Positions 51,378 through 58,519 of a stretch of 64,000 nucleotides of DNA are shown piece after piece; position 1 is the first letter of the stretch, and every line of letters starts with the position of its first letter. The stretch comes from an uncultured Gemmatimonadales bacterium (GTDB lineage: Bacteria; Gemmatimonadota; Gemmatimonadetes; Gemmatimonadales; Gemmatimonadaceae). The stretch spans positions 1,952,001-2,016,000 of the forward strand of contig CAWKMU010000003.1 of NCBI GenBank assembly GCA_963850905.1, given 5' to 3'. The notes under the pieces were generated by a model. The model saw only the letters and a list, made by a program, of their open reading frames with translations, was not told the DNA's origin and ran no database searches. Position numbers and translations under genes: made by a program.

Positions 51378-52076
51378 ATGGGTATCTCGGTCAAGCAGGT
51401 CGTCGTCCTCGGGCTCGCGGCGCCGCTCATGGCAGCGTGCGTCAAAACCAGCACCTACCACAAGGATCTCGCGCAGACTCGCGCACAGCTGGCGTCGGAG
51501 CAGCAGGCCCGTGCCGCCGCCGACAGTGCGCAGAACGCCGACATCTCGGGCGTGAAGACGGACGTGCAGGGATTGAAGACGGACGTGCAAGGGCTGCACA
51601 ACGATCTGCAGAACCTCCGCACGGAGTTCGGCGCGAAGATCACGGCGCTCGAGTCCGCGATCCAGTTCGATGTACCGGTGAACTTCGCGTTCAATGACGC
51701 GACGGTGCGGGACCAGGATCGCGCCGCACTCGACCGGTTCGCGGGTGTCGTCGAGAAGTACTATCCGAACTCGAAGATCACGATCGAGGGCTTCGCGGAT
51801 CCAGCGGGCACGATGCACTACAATCGTGTGTTGTCGGAACGCCGCGCGACGTCCGTACGCGACTATCTCGTGACCAAGGGTGTCGCCACGAACGACCTCA
51901 AGACGATCGGCTACGGGAAGACGCGGCTCGTCGTTCCCAACGCGTCGCGCGACGATCCGGGCGCGGAGCAGAATCGTCGTGTCACTTTCGTGATCGAGAC
52001 CAGGAGCGACAACGCGGCCACCGCGGGCAACCCGACCGCGAGCGTCACGACGTCGGCCCCGGCGGCTGGGCAATAA
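51378..52076 (+). CDS. OmpA-like peptidoglycan-binding lipoprotein with coiled-coil stalk
   Basis: Lipobox LMAAC; heptads VKTDVQG/LKTDVQG/LHNDLQN; OmpA C-domain IEGFAD, YNRVLSERRA, GYGK, QNRRV; GGGGAG RBS. Confidence 0.88.
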   Translation: MGISVKQVVVLGLAAPLMAACVKTSTYHKDLAQTRAQLASEQQARAAADSAQNADISGVKTDVQGLKTDVQGLHNDLQNLRTEFGAKITALESAIQFDVPVNFAFNDATVRDQDRAALDRFAGVVEKYYPNSKITIEGFADPAGTMHYNRVLSERRATSVRDYLVTKGVATNDLKTIGYGKTRLVVPNASRDDPGAEQNRRVTFVIETRSDNAATAGNPTASVTTSAPAAGQ

Positions 52077-52094
52077 CTCGCCTGCGGCTCGTTA

Positions 52095-52250
52095 TAGAGA
52101 GTAGACGGACAGAAAGTAGAAAGTAGACGAACGACAACAGGGGCGGCCAACCAGGCCGCCCCTGTTCCATTCTGGGACGGGATGCCCCAGGCTGGGTGGC
52201 ACTGAGCACCGCTCGCGTCTACTTTCTACTTTCAGAAGTTCTACTTTCTC
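52095..52250. repeat. Heptamer-arm hairpin element (TAGAAAG)n...(CTTTCTA)n on the 5' side of tRNA-Lys
   Basis: tagagagtagacggacagaaagtagaaagtagacg ... cgtctactttctactttcagaagttctactttctc; internal stem aacaggggcggcc...ggccgcccctgtt. Confidence 0.85.
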
Positions 52251-52270
52251 GGGCGCCGAAAGGCGCCCGC

Positions 52271-52575
52271 GGGCCGGTAGCTCAACAGGTAGAGCAGCGG
52301 ACTTCGAGAAAAATTGGAGCACCGCGCTGGAAACGGCGCGCGTGAATGCGCTCAACGTCGGCGAACGGTGTGAGATCCCAACGCCGAGCCAAGCCGGGAA
52401 GCCGTGTGCGAATCCCGGAAGGTGTAGAGACTCGACGGGCGCCACCTGACCGCGAGAGGCGCAGGTGAAGACAGAGTCCGGACCACGAACGCGCGGAGCT
52501 CGTTGTCTGCGCGGCGGCGAAAGCCGAAGTGGTGTGTTAATCCGCAGGTCGTGGGTTCGAGTCCCACCCGGCCTA
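52271..52575 (+). tRNA. tRNA-Lys (anticodon UUU) interrupted by a group I intron; exons 52271-52304 and 52537-52575; CCA not encoded
   Basis: Joined exons GGGCCGGTAGCTCAACAGGTAGAGCAGCGGACTT|TTAATCCGCAGGTCGTGGGTTCGAGTCCCACCCGGCCTA form a cloverleaf with anticodon arm GCGGA-CTTTTAA-TCCGC and discriminator A. Confidence 0.92.
52305..52536 (+). ncRNA. Group I self-splicing intron (IC3-like), 232 nt, no homing endonuclease ORF
   Basis: P1 CUU^CGA/UUGGAG with U-G wobble at the splice site; P2 cgcgctg-GAAA-cggcgcg; P3 gcgctc/gggcgc; P4 tcggcg/cgccga; R element GAAGGTGTAGAGACTCGACGGG; P8 cacctg/caggtg; S element AAGACAGAGTCC; P7 gactc/gagtc; terminal G at 52536. Confidence 0.9.
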
Positions 52576-52592
52576 TGCGCGCTTCGCGCGCA

Positions 52593-52747
52593 TAGGGAAG
52601 AGCGATTCAGAAAGGAGAAAGGAGATACCGAGCATAGGCGGCCTGGACGGTGTGTGCGCCACGAGGCCGCGTTCCTCGGTCTCCTTTCTCCTTTCTCCTC
52701 TCGGTCCGTCAGCGTTCTCCCTCTGTCCTTGCTCCTCTCTCCTTTCC
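52593..52747. repeat. Heptamer-arm hairpin element (GAGAAAG)n...(CTCCTTT)n on the 3' side of tRNA-Lys
   Basis: cagaaaggagaaaggagataccgag ... ctcggtctcctttctcctttctcctctc ... ctcctctctcctttcc. Confidence 0.8.
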
Positions 52748-53084
52748 GCCGGCGCCCGAGCACGCGCTGCGTGCGCTCCCGTTCTCACGCGAATGTGCGG
52801 CAGCGTTCATTGCGGGAGCGCCATTATACGCGGACGTAGCAAACGATGCGCGCCAGGGACAGCGTGTCCGAAAATGTCGGGCGCGCGCGAGAATGTTTGC
52901 AAAATCTCTCTGGCTTTTTTTTCCAGGAGTCGCTACGTTGCGCGCCGTCGGAGCGGCGGGGTGGGCGGCGGTGTGGCGCTGGGCGGTGTGTATGCTCCGA
53001 CGGCAAGGACCGGAGCGGCCTACACTAAGGTGGGCCGTAGAGTGGATCACACCGGCATGATCGCTCGCCCCTCCTGAGGGGCTG

Positions 53085-53177
53085 CGACAAAGGCAAACCC
53101 GGCGAAAGCCGGCGACGCAAAGCTACGAGGCTTCGCCCCGCATCAAAGCCAGCGGGGCATGCCAGTCGAGCCGCCGA
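53085..53177 (+). promoter_or_regulatory. c-di-GMP-I (GEMM) riboswitch
   Basis: AAAGGCAAAC-CCGGC-GAAA-GCCGG-CGACGCAAAGCTACGAGGC...ATGCCAGTCGAGCCGCC matches the GEMM-I layout (GGCAAAC, GNRA-capped P2, GACGCAAAG, P3). It ends about 10 nt before the AGGAGG RBS of the downstream gene. Confidence 0.82.
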
Positions 53178-53196
53178 ACAGACAACAGGAGGTTGA

Positions 53197-54840
53197 ATGT
53201 CGCGGACGATTCGTCGCCCCGCGCGGGTGTGGGCATGCGTGCCCCCGACCTGTGCCGCTGTTGTGGCTTGCCTAGCGGCCGCCTGCTCGGACCCTGCTGG
53301 ACCTCATCTGCAATCGCCCGCGTCGCCGGCCACGACGCCCCGCACCTTCGTAGTCGCCCCCGAAGGCCGCATCGACGCGCCGGGCACCAGCACCGCGCCG
53401 ATCTCCCTCGGCCGCGCGATCGCGATGGCGCCCACCGGCTCGACGATCCAGCTCGCGGCCGGCACGTACTCGACGCCAGGACTCACGATCGATCGGTCGC
53501 TCACGCTGCAGGCGGCGCCAGGCGCGACCGTGCAGCTCGAGGGCAGCACGCTGATCCCCGCCGATCAGTGGGAGCCTGCCGCACACGGATGGCGCACACC
53601 CTGGACGGCTGCCGCCCTCGTGCCGGCCGCCACTCCATCCATGCGAACGTCGGCGCGGGCGGCCGTCTCGCAGCAACGACTGCTCGCCGACGGGCGCGTG
53701 CTCACGCCCGCGAGCTCGGCCGCCGCCGTGGGTGTCACCAGCTTCTACGTCGACACCACCGACAAATGGCTCTACGTCGGACAGGACCCGGCGCTCCACC
53801 CGGTGCAAACCGGATCGGCTGACATCGGCCTGCTCGTGAAGGCGCCGAACGTCACACTCATCGGCGTCAGCGTCCACGCGTTCGCCTCGATCGGACTCAG
53901 AGTCTCCAGTGAACACACCACGATCTCTGGCGGCACCTACTCGTACAACGGCCTCATTGGGCTCGACGTCAACGGGGCGAGCTACCTCACTGTCCAGAAC
54001 GCGAGGATGACCTACAATGGCCAGGTGGGGGTCGAGGCCAGCCACTCGAGCAACATCACCATCCTGGACAATGACATCAGCAACAACAACACCGGCAACT
54101 ATAGCGTCTCGCAGGAAGCTGCCGGGTTGAAGGGCACGAACATCAGCAACATCACGGTGCGCGGAAACTGGGTGGCGGACAACGCCTCGAACGCGATCTG
54201 GTTCGACGAAAACTCGACCGGCGTCGTCGTGGCGGCCAATCAGGTGCTGCGCAACAAGTGCTACGCCATCTATTTCGAGCTGAACACCGGGCCGCTCATC
54301 GTCGGCAACCTGGTCTACGACAACGTTCAAGCCGGCATCGGCGTGCACTTCACGACGTACGCGGGAATCTACAACAACACGTTGGTGAACAACGGCACGA
54401 ATCTCGACGTCAGCGCATCGTACGATCGGTTACCGTACGACACGTACCAGGCGACCATTGTCAACAACATCTTCTGGAACGCGGGGTCGCTCCTGGTCAA
54501 CCTCTATCGCTACAACGGGTGCAACAGCTGGGTGTACAAGCAGGTCGATTACAATGCGTATTATCGTAGCAACGGGAGCTCGCCCAAGTACGTCGTGAAC
54601 TGGTGCAACGCGTGGTATAGCAACGTCTCGGCGTTCCACAGCGGTACCGGCTACGAAGCCCACGGGATCGAGTATGACAATGGGAGTGATCCCTACTTCG
54701 TGAACGCCGCCGCCGGGGATTACCACCTCCGCTCGGGGAGCCCGGCTTATCATCGCGGCGTGGGTCTTCCCAGCGCCGCCGCCGCTGCACTCGGCGTTAC
54801 GCCCGGGGTGACCGTGTCGATGGGCGCGTTGCAGAACTGA
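53197..54840 (+). CDS. Secreted right-handed parallel beta-helix repeat lipoprotein (pectin-lyase-like fold)
   Basis: Lipobox LAAAC; Asn-rich PbH-like repeats (NITILDNDISNN, NITVRGNWVADN, AIWFDENS, IYNNTLVNN, IVNNIFWN); DPYFVNAAAGDYHLRSGSPA; AGGAGG RBS. Confidence 0.8.
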   Translation: MSRTIRRPARVWACVPPTCAAVVACLAAACSDPAGPHLQSPASPATTPRTFVVAPEGRIDAPGTSTAPISLGRAIAMAPTGSTIQLAAGTYSTPGLTIDRSLTLQAAPGATVQLEGSTLIPADQWEPAAHGWRTPWTAAALVPAATPSMRTSARAAVSQQRLLADGRVLTPASSAAAVGVTSFYVDTTDKWLYVGQDPALHPVQTGSADIGLLVKAPNVTLIGVSVHAFASIGLRVSSEHTTISGGTYSYNGLIGLDVNGASYLTVQNARMTYNGQVGVEASHSSNITILDNDISNNNTGNYSVSQEAAGLKGTNISNITVRGNWVADNASNAIWFDENSTGVVVAANQVLRNKCYAIYFELNTGPLIVGNLVYDNVQAGIGVHFTTYAGIYNNTLVNNGTNLDVSASYDRLPYDTYQATIVNNIFWNAGSLLVNLYRYNGCNSWVYKQVDYNAYYRSNGSSPKYVVNWCNAWYSNVSAFHSGTGYEAHGIEYDNGSDPYFVNAAAGDYHLRSGSPAYHRGVGLPSAAAAALGVTPGVTVSMGALQN

Positions 54841-54848
54841 TCACTACG

Positions 54849-54968
54849 AGGGATCAGGGGTCAGGGGTTGGGGTCGGGGACGGACCGCAAGGCCAGTGGC
54901 GGCGCGACGTCACCGACCTCGAAGGTTGTTCCCTCACCCCTGATACCTGACCCCTGACACCGCCGTTA
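54849..54968. repeat. Heptamer-arm hairpin element (CAGGGGT)n...(ACCCCTG)n between convergent genes
   Basis: agggatcaggggtcaggggttggggtcgggga ... tccctcacccctgatacctgacccctgacac followed by gccgtta. Confidence 0.82.
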
Positions 54969-54974
54969 TCGCAC

Positions 54975-57275
54975 TTACCGACTCCCCGCCGAGTGTTCAT
55001 TCCATCGGCCGTCGACCGCCAGATAGTCGCCCGACGTCGCAACGTTTTCCGTCTCGGGGGGCGTCGCAACCCGGAACGGCAAAGCGACGGTGAACGTCGT
55101 CCCAAGGCCGAACTGGCTCCGGACATCGATCCGTCCGCCGAGCTGTTGCACGAGGCGACGGGTGATGCTCAGGCCCAGCCCGGTCCCGCCGAACTCGCGC
55201 GTGCGCGACTGGTCGAGCTGCCGGAAGTCTTCCCAGATCGACGCCAGGTCCTGTGCACGGATCCCGATGCCGGTATCGGTGACCTCGAACAGCACGCAGT
55301 CAGTCCGGGTCGTGCTCGTGAGCGTCACATGACCGGTCTGCGTGAATTTCACGGCGTTGGAGAGGAGGTTGAGCAGGATCTGGCGAACCTTGATGCCGTC
55401 CGTGTACATGATGGGCGGTTCGCCGACGACTTTGCTGTCGAACGCCAGTCCCTTCTTGCGTACCATCGGCTCGATCTGCCGCGCCACCTCGCCAAGCACA
55501 TCCCGCAACGTCACATCGCTCAGATGGATCGGCATCTTGCCCGCTTCGATCCGAGCGAGATCAAGGATGTCGCTGATCAACTCGAGCAAGTGACGCGCCG
55601 ACGAGCGGATGCGATTGAGACCATCCTCCTGCCCCGGCGTCAGCTCACCGTAGATGCGATCGAGCATGAGCGACGTGTAGCCCAACAAGGCGTTGATTGG
55701 CGTGCGGAGCTCGTGGGACATGCTCGCCAGGAAGTCGGACTTGAGCTTGTTGGCCTTCTCCACCTCCTGCGACTGCCACTGCAAGCGCGCGTTCTGCGCC
55801 GCCAGGTCTGCCGTCGCCGCCGCGACCCGCTGTTCGAGCTCGCTGTTCAGTTGCTTGAGGGCTTCGTAGAGGCGCTCGTTGTCCGCCTGCTTCGTGAGAT
55901 CGTGCAGCACCGACACGATCGCCATGGACTCGCCCCGCTCATTGAGGATCTTGCCCGAAACGACCTCCATCGGGATGTCCACATTGGAGTCCGGATGTGT
56001 GAGCCGCATCTGCGCCCGCAACGCCCGGCTCTTGTCAATGGTGAAATCCGAGATGAAGCTCGTGAATTTGGTGTCGTTCTCCCGAACGGCAATGTGTCGC
56101 GCGCTGCCAATCGGCTCGTCGCCGCCAATGGCAAAAAGCCGCGCGGCCTGGTCGTTCATCAGGATGATGTCCGATCGATCGTCGGTCACGAGGATCGGAT
56201 CGGCCACGTTCGCAAGAATGAGGTTCAAGCGGTCGCGCTCGCGCGTGGCGTCCATCTCGGCAAGCCGGCCTCGCTGCACCTGCCGCTCCAGCTCGTGCGC
56301 CGCGCGACGCAAGTCGGTGACGTTGCGGAGCACGGACAGCACTCGACCCCCGTGCGGCCCGGTCTCGCTCAAGGGGTGCGTCAGCACCTCGAGGAGCAGA
56401 TCCGTGCCCTCGTCCGGATCGACCAGATTGAGCTCGCGCGCACTGGCCGGCGTACCGCCCGTCATGACCGATCGGGCGAGAAACGATGTGAAGAGCAGAT
56501 TGTTGATTTCCACCGCGTGGCGGCGGCCGCCCGAATCCGACTCTCCGGCAATCAGCAGGTGCTCCGCTTGATGATTCTGTACGACGATGTCGTTGTCGGG
56601 ATCAGTGATGACGATCGGATCGGGAAGTGCATCGACGATTGTCTGCACCAGTTGCACCCTGGCGTCGAGGCGCTCGGCTGCACACCGGAAGGACTCCTCC
56701 GAGGCCAACCGAGCCAGGATGGGGCCGGCCAGCGTCACCACACGATCGATGGCATCGATCACCTCGGGGGCCGAGCCTCGCGTCTCGAGCACCACCACCC
56801 CAGCTGGTGCCCGGCCCAATCGTTGTGGTCGATCCGTAGCCGGCGGATGGAGGCAACAGCCCGGCGGCACATCGCGGCTCATGTGTTCGGCGATGAACCC
56901 GACCATGCCGCGGCGCTGCGGCTGGGCGAATGGCAACGCGACCCAGGGCGAAGCGGGAGGGTCCTGCCGAAAATTGAATCGCCCGTCCGAGCTGACGGGG
57001 CGCAGCGACAGCGCAGACATCACGATCGGGTGGCTGGCATCATCGGTGGCAAACGTCAGCCGCGGTGTTCCGTTCCGCTCGGCGCCCGACCGCACGACCT
57101 CTACCAGTTGCTCCCCCGCCAACACGAAGAGGGCGCCCCCGGTGCACCCGAGCACCTCGCCCACCTGCTCGAGAAGGAACTCACCCGCCGACGCGAGATC
57201 GGGTGCCTCGGCAAGGGAGGACAGGAACTCCGGCAACCGCTCCACCGCGATCAATCCAGTGGCCGGCGCAGCCAT
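54975..57275 (-). CDS. Soluble PAS-PAS sensor histidine kinase with GAF-like N-terminus
   Basis: PAS starts IVDALPDPIVITD and ILANVADPILVTD; H-box SMSHELRTP, N-box NLLSNAVKF, DTGIGI, GTGLGL; no receiver domain and no obvious TM helix. Confidence 0.88.
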   Translation of the reverse strand: MAAPATGLIAVERLPEFLSSLAEAPDLASAGEFLLEQVGEVLGCTGGALFVLAGEQLVEVVRSGAERNGTPRLTFATDDASHPIVMSALSLRPVSSDGRFNFRQDPPASPWVALPFAQPQRRGMVGFIAEHMSRDVPPGCCLHPPATDRPQRLGRAPAGVVVLETRGSAPEVIDAIDRVVTLAGPILARLASEESFRCAAERLDARVQLVQTIVDALPDPIVITDPDNDIVVQNHQAEHLLIAGESDSGGRRHAVEINNLLFTSFLARSVMTGGTPASARELNLVDPDEGTDLLLEVLTHPLSETGPHGGRVLSVLRNVTDLRRAAHELERQVQRGRLAEMDATRERDRLNLILANVADPILVTDDRSDIILMNDQAARLFAIGGDEPIGSARHIAVRENDTKFTSFISDFTIDKSRALRAQMRLTHPDSNVDIPMEVVSGKILNERGESMAIVSVLHDLTKQADNERLYEALKQLNSELEQRVAAATADLAAQNARLQWQSQEVEKANKLKSDFLASMSHELRTPINALLGYTSLMLDRIYGELTPGQEDGLNRIRSSARHLLELISDILDLARIEAGKMPIHLSDVTLRDVLGEVARQIEPMVRKKGLAFDSKVVGEPPIMYTDGIKVRQILLNLLSNAVKFTQTGHVTLTSTTRTDCVLFEVTDTGIGIRAQDLASIWEDFRQLDQSRTREFGGTGLGLSITRRLVQQLGGRIDVRSQFGLGTTFTVALPFRVATPPETENVATSGDYLAVDGRWNEHSAGSR

Positions 57276-57302
57276 ACCGGGATCGCCCGCATCTCTAGCG
57301 CG

Positions 57303-57608
57303 CTAAGTCGCCGCGAGTTGCTCGATCCGCCGACGCAACTCGTGGTTCTCGCGCTGCACCCGCTCCAGCTCCGAATCCGCTCCGGTGCCAAGTTCGCGCG
57401 GCCGGGCCGACGGCGACGTGATACCAACGGCTTCCGAGTACTTCAGGTACGTGTCGATCGACGCGACGACGATACGGGCCTCCACGGTCACCAGATCAAT
57501 GCCGACGAGCGAGACTCGAACCCACGCGTCGATCACGATGCCTTTGTCGAGTACCCGGTCCAGGACATCGATCAGTGAACTGCCACTCGGCGTACGTTCT
57601 ACCGCCAT
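57303..57608 (-). CDS. gvpA: Gas vesicle structural protein GvpA with coiled-coil C-terminal extension
   Basis: [60 protein letters not shown]. Confidence 0.93.
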   Translation of the reverse strand: MAVERTPSGSSLIDVLDRVLDKGIVIDAWVRVSLVGIDLVTVEARIVVASIDTYLKYSEAVGITSPSARPRELGTGADSELERVQRENHELRRRIEQLAAT

Positions 57609-57635
57609 ACTCGATTCTCCCGGTGTAACGAGGGC

Positions 57636-58049
57636 TTATGGCCGCCCGTGCGGATGAGGGGACTGGGGATGGACGTGATGCGACGAGGATGTGGAATCGG
57701 TCAAGCTCCCAACCGGCGTCGATGACTCTGTCGCGGCCGGTCGGGCGACAAGCAACTCGAGCTGCCGCTCAATGCGCGCCAGCCGGTGCTCGACGTCAGC
57801 AGACGGAAGCCCATCGGCCGGTCTCGCGCTCGCTGGAAGCGAAAGTCGCGGGTCCGCACGCCACCAATTGAGGCCGATTTGCTCGGCCTTGTCTATCGAA
57901 CAGACGAGCAGGCGCACCTGCACCGTCAGCAACTCGACGTTCGCAAGATTGATCTTGATGTCGCCGGCGATGACCAAGCCCTTGTCCAGGACGCGATCGA
58001 GGACATCGACGAGGCCGTGCGTTCGTGTTGGTGAGACGAGCTCGGGCAC
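57636..58049 (-). CDS. gvpJ: Gas vesicle protein GvpJ
   Basis: [51 protein letters not shown]. Confidence 0.85.
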   Translation of the reverse strand: MPELVSPTRTHGLVDVLDRVLDKGLVIAGDIKINLANVELLTVQVRLLVCSIDKAEQIGLNWWRADPRLSLPASARPADGLPSADVEHRLARIERQLELLVARPAATESSTPVGSLTDSTSSSHHVHPQSPHPHGRP

Positions 58050-58121
58050 GCTAGTGCTCTCCTCGTGACAGGGTCGTGGATGCGATCACGGCCGGCTCGG
58101 GAACGTGTCGCTGCGCCGCGT

Positions 58122-58484
58122 TCACGCCAATCTCCCCAGGGGACCCAGGTCGATCTCGAGATCCTTGTCGGTCAAGCCGAAGGCTCCCTTCAACTCGCCC
58201 ATCTTGTCATTCAACCGCATCAACGCCACCCCCAGCCGCTCGATCTCCTCGTCCGACAATCGTCCGCCATCCATCCGGCGCACCGCCTGATGTTCGAGCA
58301 CCTTCCGGATCACGTCTACAAGAGCGAGTACGAGGCGCGCGAGCCCTTGCTCCGCACCTTCTGGATCCGCATTGATGCGTTGTGGAAGGGTGCGCGAGAC
58401 CGCGCGCACGGCGTCCTGGAGCGCCTCGAGGTCGGCGTCGTCCGTGTCGACCTCACCGCGCTGCACAGTCACCGTTGTCGTCAC
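58122..58484 (-). CDS. gvpK: Gas vesicle protein GvpK
   Basis: GLARLVLALVDVIRKVLEHQAVRRMDGGRLSDEEIERLG...LEIDLGPLG. Confidence 0.9.
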   Translation of the reverse strand: MTTTVTVQRGEVDTDDADLEALQDAVRAVSRTLPQRINADPEGAEQGLARLVLALVDVIRKVLEHQAVRRMDGGRLSDEEIERLGVALMRLNDKMGELKGAFGLTDKDLEIDLGPLGRLA

Positions 58485-58519
58485 TCAGACGGAGATACCC
58501 CACAGCACGACATTCGGCC

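Noticed and set aside
52271..52575. Reading the split tRNA as tRNA-Asn(GUU) spliced after U33
   Set aside because: The intron would end in U rather than G, the P1 U-G wobble maps to U34, and the GGG start and A73 fit Lys.
7331..54968. Heptamer repeats as a CRISPR array or eukaryotic telomere repeats (CCCTAAA at about 23877)
   Set aside because: No repeat-spacer structure and no cas genes. The telomere-like unit is one variant within a short inverted element in clearly bacterial context.
54993..57578. Long antisense ORFs (861 aa here; also 43447..45432, 20970..22988, 13756..15018, 24751..26124)
   Set aside because: They mirror well-supported genes on the opposite strand, lack recognisable motifs, and are expected shadow ORFs in high-GC DNA.
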